Shown: positions 34,916-49,915 of the stretch, piece by piece
Position numbering within the stretch: position 1 is the first letter of the stretch
Layout: each line of letters opens with the position of its first letter
Source of the DNA: Octopus bimaculoides
Taxonomy: Eukaryota
Assembly: GCF_001194135.2 (NCBI RefSeq)
Contig: NC_068988.1
Location: 16,160,350 to 16,224,349 of the forward strand
Direction of reading: 5' to 3'
DNA length: 64,000 bases
The notes under the pieces: model-generated
The model's database searches: none
The model's input: only the letters and a program-made list of their open reading frames with translations
Told to the model about the DNA's origin: nothing
Translations under genes and position numbers: made by a program

Positions 34916-36229
34916 TTTTCAGACAGCTCATAATTTTAATAGCAAACACGATAAAATTATTAACGCCACTATTCTCTCGGATATTCATTTGTCTTTTTAA
35001 CTGTCTTCGTTATGTAACCATGTTCTCATGCTGAGAGCTGCTGAGCCGAATNNNNNNNNNNNNNNNNNNNNNNNNNNNNNNNNNNNNNNNNNNNNNNNNN
35101 NNNNNNNNNNNNNNNNNNNNNNNNNNNNNNNNNNNNNNNNNNNNNNNNNNNNNNNNNNNNNNNNNNNNNNNNNNNNATATATATATATATATATATATAA
35201 TTAGAGTAGAAATTAATATTAAATATTATTAAACAATATCAATTTCCACCAGTGGTCAGATTTCGTGGTAAGACGGTTTGACGTCTATTTTTAGCATACC
35301 GCTCTCTCCTATTGTTTATATATATATATATATATGCACGTATCATATACGCAAAACGAATGGGGACTGCCATATATTAACTTTATTGAAGAAGCAAGTA
35401 ACTAATACGGGTAACTAATGAAGTCATGGAGCACCGTCGTGACATGCAACCTGTCGCAAAGACGTGAAACTTGAGCAGCTAATCTCACTCACAGAATGAT
35501 CACAGCAGAAAGAAAGAGAGAGAGAGAGGGAGAGAGGGAGAAGGAAAAGAGATAGGTTCAAGTATGTAAAACGGAAAAGAAAGAGAGAGAATTAATTTTA
35601 GTATGGGACTCTTACTTTATTTGGCAGCCTGATTGTTGAAAAGTAAATGATGACTTTCATGGGATTTGAACTCATTTTGTAGTGAACTGTGAAGAATGCA
35701 GTAAACTTAGATATTCCACCCGAACTCGTAACAAAACTTCCTCTTATTTTCTGTATGTGTATGAATATCCATGCATACATATATGCATGTGCGCATGTAT
35801 GTTTGTATCTTTGTTTCCATTTTGTATCTCATGCACACAGAGAGATTACAACTACCACACCATAAAAAAAAGAAACAACAAACAGAGCAACAACAACGAC
35901 AAACAGATTATTAACGACATCAATAGCAACAATATCCAAACGAATTCCAAAATATTCGCTACACTCCCATGATGTCCATAAAGTGAAATAAAGTTTGACT
36001 TATCACCCTGACAGTATTAAAATATAAAAGAAAATGTAACAATAGCAAGAAATTTCTTTAAAATGATCTTTTATAATTGAGATGCCAGCATCAGATTAGT
36101 ATTAACCTCAAAATAGATCATGCTTCAAATGGTTTCTTGCATTGTCCATGCCAGGAACTGCAGCTGTGTTTGCTGACTCTCTGCTGATTTACAGACATAC
36201 GTACGTATATGAGGTATATACTACATATG

Positions 36230-36290
<61 letters not shown>

Positions 36291-36639
36291 TGCATACATA
36301 TTTATATACATACACATACACGTGCACATGCGTATATTACCTTACACATAGATACTTACAGTTTACCATTTTATTTAACGGTCGTCTTATCTATTACGTT
36401 CCCCACCTATGTTTCTATATTTCAACACAAATTTGTGTCTATATATCTAATTCTATACTTATCTGTCAACAAGCAGAGCTTTGAGTTTATACGTATGTTT
36501 GTGTTTGTATGTATGTATATATGTGTGTATGTATGTATGCATATGTATGTATGTGTATGCATGTGCGTATATGTATGTATGAATATGTGTATGTATGTTT
36601 GTATGTCTACGTATGCATGTATCTATGTATGTACTTGTG

Positions 36640-36790
36640 TAGCACGTAGCCTAGTGGTTTAGATTCAACTCTCGATCTTGCGATTGTGGTTTCGATTCGC
36701 TGACCGGGTGATGCATTGATTTATTGAGGAAAACCCTTCATTTCATGCTGCTCAGCAACAATTCGACATCTGAAGTGTATTACACTGTAC
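36640..36790 (+). mobile_element. Degenerate tRNA-derived SINE head (family B/D-like)
   Basis: GTAGCCTAGTGGTTTAG...GGTTTCGATTCGCTGACCGGG...TTGAGGAAAACCCTTCATTTCATGCTGCTC. Confidence 0.6.
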
Positions 36791-36889
36791 ACCTGTGATA
36801 TTGAGCAGAATATTTGCTCTGGCCGATCTTTTATATCAAAACAAAACTGTACATGATAACACTTCCAATCAGTTAAGAGCAGAAACCAC

Positions 36890-38800
36890 GAAAGACACTG
36901 CCTGGCACTGCATCAGGGCGTTTTATTATTTTTTTGGTAATTTCAAGTTGCAGATCTTTATAATGAGGAAGTTTTACGTTTTCTTTTCTTGAGATATTTT
37001 GATTTTGTGGGATAGACATATCTATTAACAGACAAGTTCCTCTTTTGTAGTCCTTGGTCACAATGTCTGGTCGATTGCAGTCAATTTTTCTGTCTGTTTG
37101 TATTGGGAAGTTCTAAACGATGGTGACGCCCTCACCATTTACTACATCCTCTGGATGGTGGCTGTACCATTTATTATGGGATTTAATTTTGTAGTATTTA
37201 CAAACATTCCAGTGGATGTACTGCTCTAGTCTGTCGTGTCTTATGATGTACTCCTTTTCAGCAAAGACTGGGCAGCCAGAAACAATACGATCAATTATCT
37301 CAGTGAATTTTCCGCAAATTCTGCACGAGGGATCAGATCCGTCTTTAAGGACGTTTCCATGGTAGTTTCTAGTATTTAAACTCTGATCTTGCGTTGTAAT
37401 AACAAAACCTTCTGTTTCCCCTTTCATGCCTGTCCCTTTTAACCATTGGTGTGTTAGATTTTGATCAATATCTGGCTTGGACAGGCGGTTAGGTTATTTT
37501 CCAAGCAGGAGTTTGCTCTCCAGTTGTCTTCGATATTATTCATGCAAGCCTTCTTTGCTTCTTGTTTGATGTTTTTTGCATCAGTGATAGGTTTGTCACT
37601 ATCTGGATTTCGTTGGTCTTTCTGTCTGATTGTTAATTTCTAAATCAGGAGAAGCAATGGTATGTCTGTCAGTATTTGGGTGTCTTCGGTCATTCTTACT
37701 GTTAACTTAAAAAGTTCATAACTGTTGGAGCTCTTTCCTAAATTTCCGGGGCCTTGATGATCCATGCATGGTGGACACTGTCTAAAACCCTCTTGTAATC
37801 TATCCAATCGGTGCTAAGGTTTCTACGTTTTGATTTACAATTTTCAATGACCAATTTATCAATCAGTAATTGGTCCTTACACCCATATGAACTCCTTTTA
37901 CATCTCTTTTGTTCCACTGGAAATAACTTGCTGTTGTTCAAGAATTCATATGCTCTATTCGCTATTATATAGATGTTAATAGTTTATATTCGGTGGTGAG
38001 GCATGTTATTGGGTCTGTATTTTTGGTGGGGGTGGGTAGTAGTTCCTTCTCGTTTTGGTAAGAGATATATAATCCCTTCGGCAAGCCACTTTGGGGCTTT
38101 CGCAGGGTTGGACATGACTTCATTGAGTGCTACATCTAAGTTGTAGTGAGTGCTCATTAAAGAGTTTAGCCAAAAATTCGGAATCTTGTCTATACCTGTG
38201 GATTTCAATTTCTTTGACTCAGCGAGCGCCGCTTTCATTTCTGCAGCTGTTATATCCTGCCATTCTTGATATTTGAGGTGGGCTTGGCCACTTCTATGTC
38301 CCTGACCCAATTTGCATTCTGATTAAACTCCTTTGGATTACTCCAAATGTTTTTTTTCCAAATGTCTTCAGATTACTGCTAGGGAGGAGGTGTTTTCACA
38401 ATAATGGTATCCCCCCCTCCCCCAGTTTCCTGTAGAGGTTTTTCGTATTCTCCTTGAGTAGCATGTCTTGTCTATGGAATGCTAGCGTATTTTGTATCTT
38501 GCCAGTCGTCTGGTTTTTAATTGTAGTTTTTGTTTGAGGATTTCAAACTGTATAACCTTTATTTTCTTGTAAAGGTCATGTTTAGCAAATATTCTTAGTT
38601 TGTTGGGTTTATTAGTTTTCCATTTGCTTGCTTCAAGTAGAAAAAGTATATCTGCTCTTAGTTGGATTATTTGCCGGTTTATTCTTTCCGTCCATGCAGG
38701 TTGTGTACAATGCTCTTTGTCTATCTCTAATTTTAATACCGCATTTCTGAGTTGCAACATTGGCAGCTGAGTAAATGAGCTGATCAATCACTTCGAGGTC
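36890..38800 (-). mobile_element. R4/Dong-clade RLE LINE relic with internal deletion of the RT core
   Basis: ORFs 38482-38787, 37984-38310 (KSTGIDKIPNFW, GIIYLLPK, KYRP), 37738-37941 (GCKDQLLID, WIDYKRVLDSV), 37113-37427 (ETEGFVITTQDQ, CRICGKFTEIIDRIVSGC, RHD), then RPDIV..D..TCLLIDMSIP..KE..K..Y endonuclease motifs. Confidence 0.92.
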
Positions 38801-38913
38801 ACTTTCTCTACTATTCTCAGTGTTGTCGTATCAGCTTCCCAAGTGCTTGATCAACTTCTTTGATTATTTGTTTGTTTTTAGTATTAAAGATTTTGGAACA
38901 CACATACACACAC

Positions 38914-38953
<40 letters not shown>

Positions 38954-38983
38954 ACACACACACATATATATACATATATACAT

Positions 38984-39410
38984 AAGGCGACGAAGTAGCA
39001 GAAGCGTTTACAAGTCGGTCAAATGTGGAGTGACTTTTCCTCCGTCTTTACGTTAAAAACTCAAATTCCATCGTAGTCCACTTTGCCTTTCATCCTTTCG
39101 TAGTCGATAAAATAAATACCAATCAAGTACTGTGATTAGTATAATCGACTATCCACTTTCCCTAAAAACGTCAGGCCTTGTGCAAATAGTAGAAATGTTT
39201 ATTATTAAATTGCCGAGCTGAAAGAAGCGTTAACACGTCGATCAAAATGCGTATCGGTCTTTCGTACGTTTTTACGTTCTAAGTTCAAATTCCACCGAGG
39301 TTAACTATGCCTTTCATCCTTTTGAGGTCGATAAAATAAGTGTCAATCAAGTACTGGGGTCGATGTAATCGGCTATCCCTCTTACCTGGAAATAAAAATT
39401 CTAGATTTCA
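38984..39410 (+). mobile_element. Two tandem family A SINEs
   Basis: Two copies of head...TCAAATTCCA...GCCTTTCATCCTTT...GTCGATAAAATAA...TAATCG at ~38984-39200 and ~39210-39410. Confidence 0.85.
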
Positions 39411-39419
39411 AGACCTCAC

Positions 39420-39850
39420 TGACTGCCATGACGCCTGTTATGTGCACTCATTCTTCACATCTCATGTTACAACTCTTTGTATCTCCATTGGAGAAATCAA
39501 TAAACCAACCGATTGGCTATTATGATAGAGAGATTTAGTTTTGAAGGCGTGGTTACATTCTGGTTCCGGAGTGTCTTTCATATCACCGTCTGAACAATAT
39601 TACCTGCGTTTAGCATTATAGACGGCTTCAGTGTCAATGTCGTGTCATGTGAGAAAGCAATACCTTGCGGACACATTTCGACAGCAGATGATGACACAGG
39701 TGACATTTTCAACACCAGGTTGTTTCAATGGACATTACCGAAGGCCTGATGCTTCCTTATCTCTCTTGTTGGTCATGAATGTTGTGGCTGTCTCCTGCTA
39801 CAAAATATAGCAAGGAAGCTACTATTTCTTTGAAAGTTACTGGTTTTCTC
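39420..39850 (-). mobile_element. Old R4/Dong-clade LINE fragment (zinc-knuckle region, different subfamily)
   Basis: Minus strand FLAI..QETATTFMTNKRD, CPLKQPGVENVTCVIICC..SARYCFLT*HD..AVYNA, resembling AIQEQE..KR / CxxC..H...C / RHD of RLE elements. Confidence 0.55.
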
Positions 39851-40039
39851 TAATTTATGGGATTTGCAAGTATGTATGTATGTAGGGTTGTACGTATGAA
39901 TTCTATCTATAATTACGTTGAATCTTTCTGTACGAAAGGAGTTGGTTTCTACTAAAGATACCAAGCTCTATCGCTGGAATGAAGACCACAAAAAATTCAC
40001 ATTTTCAACTTTTGAAAAGATTTACGTATTTTACTGTTC

Positions 40040-40190
40040 TGTCTGGAATGGTTGGTCTTCCTCCTCTAGAAGAGCAGGAAGACAACTTAGCAGGAAGACC
40101 ACTTAGTTGCAGATTATCAGCAGAGACAGAATATGAATTGAGGAATAGCGAAAGATAAAGAAGCGCTGAGGCTCATGGTGCGGCGCTGTG
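40040..40190 (+). mobile_element. Possible 3' coding end of an RTE-clade LINE
   Basis: Frameshifted RRAGRQL..KT / *GIAKDKEALRLMV resembles the RTE C-terminal GRPRKTW...W...A.DR..WR. Confidence 0.4.
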
Positions 40191-40612
40191 AAACGGGTCT
40201 TATTTACGGCCGTATGCTGAAAAAGGGAGAAAAGTAATGACAAAGCTAATACAACCGCCATGTTCAAATGACGTAAAGCATTTTTATAAAACATCGCCTT
40301 GGGTTTAAAATTATTCATCTTGGGGTTACCGTAGTGTCTAATTTTTGAGAGGCTGAATGAAAGGGGTGATTAAGAAGATCAAGCCAGTGACTTAGTGCTG
40401 CACATCTATATGAAAATATTTATTTGAAATCAGCCAAGTTTCTAAGATGAAAGGAATATCTACAATGTTATCTTCTAACTAACATCTGTGGAAGGAATGC
40501 TATTTTGTTTTGAAGGGAATGAAATAAGTACTTGTAATATTTTCGCTGCATTCGAATGTGGTTCCTTGTCATTAAAGTTACCCACATCATCGTTGTTGGT
40601 GTTATTGTTGTT

Positions 40613-40637
40613 GTTCTTCTTCTTCTTCTTTTTCTTG

Positions 40638-40717
<80 letters not shown>
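40613..40717. repeat. (CTT)n/(ATT)n microsatellite
   Basis: Direct reading. Confidence 0.96.
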
Positions 40718-40719
<2 letters not shown>

Positions 40720-41139
40720 ACATGTTATTATCGCCTATAAGAGCAGCTGTTTTACCACATTTATTTTCGAATGATTTAGACGCTGTAAAAGTTGCACGGA
40801 CGACAATAACAAGCAAAGGTCATGAAGATGTTTACAGGCTTGACTAATGTATTTAAATCACTCCAATATATTCCTTACTTTTCTATTTTGGGGGATCACG
40901 TTTAATGTTAAACCGGTTTCTTTAGAAATTCGATCAGCATGAGAAGACAATTGCGACAGGGGGCTTTTAGAAGTCGCTAACTATCGATTTTTGTCCATTC
41001 CAGTAGTTCGTATGCGTATGTGTGCGTCTCTGTGAATGCGTGTGCGACTGAGTGCCGATATCTACTGCTGTTTGTTCAAGTATGTGTTTATGCATGTGTG
41101 TATGCATGTGTGTATGCATATGTATACATACATATGTAC

Positions 41140-41273
<134 letters not shown>

Positions 41274-41345
41274 ATATGCGTATAGGCATACATATACATA
41301 CATATATACATACATACATACATATATACATACGTATATATATAA

Positions 41346-41383
<38 letters not shown>

Positions 41384-42019
41384 TTATGTATGGACAGGTC
41401 TGATTGCATGTGTATGCATATGCGGATATTTTGTGGATAGTTGCATACCAAGATTTGTATTTCCTTGTGTGTTGTTTGTATATTTACGTTTAACCATGTT
41501 CGTGATATTTTGTCCGAATATGTTTAGAAATGTATTTTGGTTAATGCATTAACTCCATTGATCCCATTACATCTATACTTAAGAAGTTTAAACTCTCTTA
41601 GTTCGAGATATATCAGCTGCGTGTCAGTAAAGTAGTTCCTTTTCTAATGACCGAAAACACGAAGGCTTCGGTACAATTTTTAGTATCACACAAAATGGTA
41701 TGTTCTCAGTAAAATCTAACAAAATATAGTGTCAATTGCAAAAAGGTAATAGATAACATACTACCACGGCAGTAATAACTATAGTAGGAAGTTTTTAGTT
41801 AATTCATTTTCAGACAGAAAATCTAATTTTTTTCCGTGACTATGTTAGAAGACTATTTTGTAATTGAACGAGGAACAAATTTGAAATATGTACACGATTG
41901 GGCAATTTTGGTGAAATGGAACTTTCGAAGTATCCTTATATATTGATAAACGAGATATTCAGAAAGACTGCAGGTGTTTTCATGTAAAAAGTAATAATAA
42001 TGATAGTAATCAATCCTAC

Positions 42020-42206
42020 TGAAGGCACAAGGACTGAAATTCGTTGGGAGGGGAATAGTCGATTACATCGACCATAGTGTTTCACTGGTACTTAATTTAT
42101 TATCCCTGAAAGGATGAAAGGTAGAGTCGACCTCGGCGGAATTTGAACTCACAACGTAGCGACACCGCTAATTATTTGGTCCAGTGTGCTAACGACTTTG
42201 CCAGCA
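42020..42206 (-). mobile_element. Family A SINE
   Basis: Reverse complement GCTGGCAAAGTCGTTAGCAC...GAGTTCAAATTCCGCCGAGGTCGACTCTACCTTTCATCCTTTCAGGG. Confidence 0.88.
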
Positions 42207-42342
<136 letters not shown>

Positions 42343-45168
42343 TTTCAATACAGTAAACATNNNNNNNNNNNNNNNNNNNNNNNNNNNNNNNNNNNNNNNN
42401 NNNNNNNNNNNNNNNNNNNNNNNNNNNNNNNNNNNNNNNNNNNNNNNNNNNNNNNNNNNNNNNNNNNNNNNNNNNNNNNNNNNNNNNNNNNNNNNNNNNN
42501 NNNNNNNNNNNNNNNNNNNNNNNNNNNNNNNNNNACTTTGTTGTGTTTTCAAAGTTATTTTCAAATCCTTGCCCTAAATTTTGTTACAATCACTTCAGTT
42601 CACTGCTGTATAATCTTGATGTTTTGCAACTAAGTGCGACAAGGTAACTTCATCAATTATAACCAGCTGAAAATATCATATAGTTACGATCCCTTTCATG
42701 TCTTCTTACGTATTTTAATATCCGTAGTTATTTTCATTAGCAACGGAAATACTATACTCAACTAACACATACAAACGTTTCACTATGAAACAAATTTGTA
42801 ATCATTGACAATATATTTCTGAAGAACTTCTTTGCAAATATAAAATGAATAATATTAAATGTTTCCTCATTTCACTTGTACAGTTGGTGTATGCTTGATT
42901 AACATGAGGAACTTTAATTCAGAAATACATGACAAAGTAATGGATTGTGCTGCATGTGTCCAAGTGCTTTATAAAGCACGCCATTGCATCTCTAAAGCGG
43001 AAATGTAGCAACAGGAACACTAGTAAAGGGAGAATAAATTATATTTCATAACAGATATGTATAAGCTTAACTGCCGAACTAAAATTAAAACCGATACTGC
43101 TACATTATACTGGAATCGAACCAGGTCTCAATGTGTGACCTAAAGATTGACTATGATCATTTTCATATAAGTTGAGTAGATTTTTTTCATTCATTGTGCA
43201 GCTTCCAAGTTCTCACAGGTAGTTGCCTTGTTTTCTGCCGAGATGTTCACTACTAATTATCTGAATCCTAAACCATATTAGGTGTTTAAAACGTTACATT
43301 CAATGAATACATTATGAACAAATCAATATTACACATACATAGTAAATGCTTACCACACAGACCGTTTTCTTTTACTCTACTTTACTATACTTAACACACA
43401 GATGAATTCTCTAAATGTATTTGAACTTGCTTAATCTCTATACGATTAAGCAAGTTTATACCATCGAGTCGCATTCGAGAGTGAGTGACATACTAATTAC
43501 CATGGAGTTATTTCAACAGGACAACTTTCATAATGCACCTCTGGCTTTTTACTTCCGAGGACTACAATAAAAGCTAAAAAATTATCCGTTGCGTTAAACA
43601 TTTTCCTTTTGACAGCAGTCTCTCAGTGTGAGTCGAAGTAACTTTCTTCGTGTAACATTCTGTCAATCACCCGAGTTTACAGATTCATTTCCACATTTCC
43701 TCCTTCATTGAAAATGTCTAATTCCACTCATATGTCCACTCACACTTCTATTCGGATGACACCAATCTTCTACGATCTTACGCAAGCAACACTAATTTCA
43801 AATCAGATGATCGTTATTTTTTGAGCAAAAACTTTTATATCTTCTCCAAGGTGGACATGGCAACTTAGATACAGCATTAAAACGCAATCTTACGCTTATT
43901 TGTGCTGTTTCTCATCCACTTGATATCCAACAACACCGTTTTACAATTTTTCCTAATCCTGCGTCCCAGAAAAGTATCTCACAGTAAATTTCTCAGTCCT
44001 CCGTTTTGCCCGAAGAAGTTCCAGCGTAACCCGAACTTCATGGAACAGCATAATGTAAACAGAACTGAAAAGGCTGCAGGCTATAGGTACTTCCTCTCGT
44101 GCTTGGACGACTAAATACCAATAACGATAAACATCCTTACATAAACATCCTTAGTCACATCTTTACTCACATGTAACGTTCTCGCACAAAGATACGCATA
44201 CAAGCCAGAGATATATGATCATCACAAGCAATTAGGTGCAATGTTGAAGAGCAGAGTGAAGTTACACTATCAGATTTACTTCTTATTTCTTAGTTCCTGT
44301 AATTAAACATCACCCTTAAACATTCATAATTCCATAATTCAGTGGCATTAAATGGCCTCACGAGACATATAATTATATTTAACACCAAAACTTTGTAGCA
44401 AAATAACTCACATAATTACATAATTGACGTTAATCGAAGTTGGCTTCAACAAATATTTGGCTAATGCATTTTTTCTTTCTTTTAAAGTGATTTTTTTTTC
44501 TTTCGTTAGAAATGATGAGAATTAAACTGGCCGAGTAAACTTATATTGATATACGAACCCTTCATATGTCATGATTTAAACCAGACAGGCATCCATTATT
44601 AATACAGATACCAAGGAAGCCGAAAAAACAAAACGATCTGGTGAATGAGTAATATTAATAATGGGTCATTAAAGCTCATTATATCGGGTCATAATATATT
44701 CTCAAACTAAATTACATAGACGAGAGCAAATAAAGCAAATAAATATAACATTTGGTCTCAGCCAATGAGTAAAACGATTGTGCTGTCGTAAAATGGCTTA
44801 AAGAAAAACCTTGCAAGTTATAATCAAATTGTCAATACCTTGGAAGTTATTCGTCTACTGAACTGGATTCCTTATGTGAATGCACACGTATATATGTTGA
44901 TATACAGATATACGGACATATATATACGTAAATGCTAAGAAAAATACATTTAAAGCCAACAGATATACAGTCAAATTGACTAAGCGAGCAACAAACACAT
45001 ATGTCTATGAGCATGTATGCGTGTATGGATGGACAGATGAATACATGCATACTTGCATGTATTTATTTATGCATGCATGTGTGCATGTATGCATATATGT
45101 ATGTATCTATGTGTATATGTGTATGAATGCATGTATGAAGGTATGTGTGTATGCATTATGTATGTATG

Positions 45169-45221
<53 letters not shown>

Positions 45222-45627
45222 NNNNNNNNNNNNNNNNNNNNNNNNNNNNNNNNNNNNNNNNNNNNNNNNNNNNNNNNNNNNNNNNNNNNNNNNNNNNNNN
45301 NNNNNNNNNNNNNNNNNNNNNNNNNNNNNNNNNNNNNNNNNNNNNNNNNNNNNNNNNNNNNNNNNNNNNNNNNNNNNNNNNNNNNNNNNNNNNNNNNNNN
45401 NNNNNNNNNNNNNNNNNNNNNNNNNNNNNNNNNNNNNNNNNNNNNNNNNNNNNNNNNNNNNNNNNNNNNNNNNNNNNNNNNNNNNNNNNNNNNNNNNNNN
45501 NNNNNNNNNNNNNNNNNNNNNNNNNNNNNNNNNNNNNNNNNNNNNNNNNNNNNNNNNNNNNNNNNNNNNNNNNNNNNNNNNNNNNNNNNNNNNNNNNNNN
45601 NNNNNNNNNNNNNNNNNNNNNNNNNNN

Positions 45628-45662
<35 letters not shown>

Positions 45663-46058
45663 CATGTATATATATATATATATACATACAAACAGATACA
45701 CACATGTTTGTGACTATGCATCTATATGCATAACGTAACGTTTCTTTAAATTTTCCGTCAATTCCCCTGAGTAAAATTTTATGGTATTAAATCGCCAGCA
45801 TATGTATGAATATAGACGTGTGTACACACATACACACACACATACTCATGCCCATACCCCATCCCACACTCGCATACTCATATACAAATATACATATATG
45901 CATGTATATGTACATATATTTATATATGTGTATGTATATCCGTATGTATGTATATCTGTGTGTATATAAATATACATATGTTCATGTACTTGTGTATGAA
46001 CTACAATGTACGTGTGTACATCAAGCACGCATGTATGTCTCTATCTGACTGTTTGACA

Positions 46059-46128
<70 letters not shown>

Positions 46129-46147
46129 GTGTGTGTACGTATATATT

Positions 46148-46218
<71 letters not shown>

Positions 46219-46755
46219 GCCATATATATACGTCCACTATTTAAACATTTTGTTATATATCCTTTACATAACATGTCGTTTACAACAGTTGTTTATTATA
46301 TATAAACTTTTCGATTATATGATTGTATATTTTTCTTCTAAATTAATATATATTCGTTCATACGTTTCATTAAATTTTTGTTTTCTATTTTATTATCAAA
46401 TATACTTCCAATGTATTGATATTGCCTAGAGAATCCACTTCTAACTCTTTGCTGATGTCTTTTTCGCTTCATATTCTTCCTAATGTTTCTCAATCGTATT
46501 TATTCTTGTGTGACAAAATACATAAAGATATTGAAAATAAATTATGTTTTCTACATAAGAAGAGAATTCTTAAGACGTGTATTATGATATTGGTCGTGGA
46601 TTTATGTAACAAAAAAATGTCAGTTATTTTATGTTGTGTAACGCGGAGACAATGTAATGTTATGAAATAAAACATCATTTTATGACCGTTCTTAATTTTC
46701 TAGTATGTGCATATGAAAACGTCTGCAAAGATATACAATTAGATACATTTCATTA

Positions 46756-46795
<40 letters not shown>

Positions 46796-47460
46796 CTATG
46801 TGCGTAATTGCACATGTATGTGTACGTGTTTGTACAGAAATATATTTATATATAATTATATATATATATANNNNNNNNNNNNNNNNNNNNNNNNNNNNNN
46901 NNNNNNNNNNNNNNNNNNNNNNNNNNNNNNNNNNNNNNNNNNNNNNNNNNNNNNNNNNNNNNNNNNNNNNNNNNNNNNNNNNNNNNNNNNNNNNNNNNNN
47001 NNNNNNNNNNNNNNNNNNNNNNNNNNNNNNNNNNNNNNNNNNNNNNNNNNNNNNNNNNNNNNNNNNNNNNNNNNNNNNNNNNNNNNNNNNNNNNNNNNNN
47101 NNNNNNNNNNNNNNNNNNNNNNNNNNNNNNNNNNNNNNNNNNNNNNNNNNNNNNNNNNNNNNNNNCATACATAAATACAAACACATAGACGCACATACAA
47201 ACACACGCGCACACACAGAATCACACACAGTCACGCACACATATTCACGCATGCATCTTTACATATGCATATATAGATAGACATATAAATATATACATAT
47301 ATATGTACATAGAAACACATACATATATATATAGCTGTATATACATGCACACACACATACAAACATACATACATACATACATACACACACACGCATACAC
47401 ACACATATATGTATATATATATATGTATATATATATATATACATACATATATATATATAT

Positions 47461-47636
47461 AAAATTTTATAATTATATACATAATTATAGCGAGGGATCG
47501 GTTTTACCCTATAGTGTGTTATTCTCGGAGATTTTAAGGTGACCATAGGAGCTTTAGCGTCTATTTCTTGCAGTGCGTGGTGAGGCGTAAAGCCGATCCC
47601 TTGTTATAATTATGTATATGCTTATAAAATATTTTG
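47461..47636. mobile_element. MITE-like element, ~29-45 bp inverted arms
   Basis: tatacataattatagcgagggatcggttt (47476-47504) vs aagccgatcccttgttataattatgtata (47590-47618), 26/29 complementary, with a further ~15 bp imperfect extension. Confidence 0.7.
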
Positions 47637-48612
47637 TGAAATTTACCAATGAGGTTTTTATTTCCGCACTGACCACCCGGTAAACTTGTTATATGTGTGT
47701 ACATAAGGAGTTTGGGAGGGGAGAAAGAGACACGGAGAAACGCAAGGAGAGAGAGTGGCACATATAGGGAAAGAGGGGATATTGACAGTAAATACAAATT
47801 TTCGCCGTACTTTCGATTGTCCTTTAAGGAGAGTTAGAAAGTCAAGTTTCATATATAACCAACCCATATAAATTTAATACATTATATCCTGTAAATGGCT
47901 ATCAAATTTAACAAGAGACAATCAATATGAATTCTTTATCATCCAACATCTATCTTTCGTTGATAGACATGTCTAAAGTCTTTTATGCTTTGTAGAAGAT
48001 GGCATTATAGAAAGTTCTATCAAAGGTCGATAGTCCAGATAATAAAAAAACTAAACACATCGTTAAAGCCTTTTCTGATTGTATAATTATAAAGCTTTGT
48101 AAATGACACTAAGTAAGCGGAAACGGTAAGGAAGCTCTTAGGACGAATTCTTGTAATTTAAAGATCCTAACTCGTCACACTATACTACACTCACTCCAAT
48201 TGAGTATCCTAGTGTATCCTTCATTAAAGACATACACATCACTGGAGTATTATCTACACGGTAATTCAATGAACAGGTGATTCACTTAAGCACTTGTCAC
48301 TGAAACAGACGGAGGACCATTGCCTGTGACAATGTGTTTACATATTTTCTGTAGCGCGAGATATAGAAATTTTGCTCTAGGATCTGCGCATATAAATTAC
48401 AATTCATTGAGAATTAGTGTTATTCATAAGTTATTCAGTTTTTATAAATAGTCTTCAGAGGTTTTAAAATGTGTAATAAATTTAATTAATTATACGGTTT
48501 ATTTCGTCTATCTCTCCCTCTCCCTCCACATACCCATCTCTATATACATATTTATATATATACGTCCACACATACATTTACATCTGTACGTATGCATGTA
48601 TATGTACATTTC

Positions 48613-48736
48613 TTTCTTTTATTCTTTTATTTGTTTCAGTAATTTGACTGCGGCCAAGCTGGAGCGCCACCTTTGTTACGAGGATCTAAACACACCAACA
48701 TCTGTTGTCAAGCGATGATGGGGAACAAAATCACAA

Positions 48737-48769
<33 letters not shown>

Positions 48770-48925
48770 ACAGGCTTCTTTCAGTTTCCGTCTACCAAAT
48801 TCACTCAGAGTTTTGGTCGGCCCGCGGCTATTGTAGAAGACAGTTGCCCAAGGTGCCACGCAGTGGCACTGAACTCGGAACCATGTGGTTCTGAAGCAAG
48901 ATTCTTAGCACATAGTCACGCCTGC
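48613..48925 (-). mobile_element. Family C SINE with internal (CA)n
   Basis: ccaaggtgccacgcagtggcactgaactcggaaccatgtgg; cttctttcagtttccgtctaccaaattcactca. Confidence 0.9.
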
Positions 48926-49040
48926 NNNNNNNNNNNNNNNNNNNNNNNNNNNNNNNNNNNNNNNNNNNNNNNNNNNNNNNNNNNNNNNNNNNNNNNNNNN
49001 NNNNNNNNNNNNNNNNNNNNNNNNNNNNNNNNNNNNNNNN

Positions 49041-49081
<41 letters not shown>

Positions 49082-49915
49082 ATCTATCTATCTATCTATC
49101 TATATATATATATATATATATATGTACATGTGTGTGTAAGTTTGCCTCCTTGGCCAAAGAATCTTTTTGGTAAATTTCCCTTTATTTTAGATTTGTTATG
49201 GCACATAAAGAATTGTCTGTTGTGTGATGTGTATGTAGGTGTATATTTGTCTGTGAGTGAGTATGTGCGTACGAAAGCTAGATACGTGCATACCAACATT
49301 CATATATAAAGAGGAAAAGACAGACACAGAAATAGATATAGACGAAGATAGAGCTAGAGACAACAAATGGTATTTTGTTTAAATACATTTCTGATTCTTT
49401 AACACATATTTTAAATAAAATATTCATAATTCCTCTACCGTAATAAATATTTGAAAGGCTTTATTGAAAACAAAATTCGCCTTGAACTCATTGTTTAAGA
49501 ATAAACTAAAACATATTCACAAAGGTTCTAAACCACGATTTTCTTAGAATGTTCACTGATATAAATATTCGCATAAATAACATTCTCTTTGGCTTCTGGT
49601 TGTACTGCAGTATCATTCAATTGACTGACTTGGTGAATGTTCCTTCCTGTGAAATACGTCTTTTCATCTCTAACAAGAAAACAACCACATCATACGTTTA
49701 AGAAAGTTAACGTACATTATATGGAAAAGTACAGATAGAGACACACTCATGCAAAAACAGTTACATGCATACATACATGCATGCATGAATGCATACATAC
49801 ATACATACATTGATGCAAGCATGCATGCATAGATACATACATGCACTTACATTCATATGCATAAATGTAAACATACTCATCTATCTATCTGTCTATCTAT
49901 CTATCTACCTGTCTA

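Noticed and set aside
43850-44110. Possible CR1/L2 remnant (LHYAVP-like) on the minus strand
   Set aside because: Single weak motif needing a frameshift; insufficient support.
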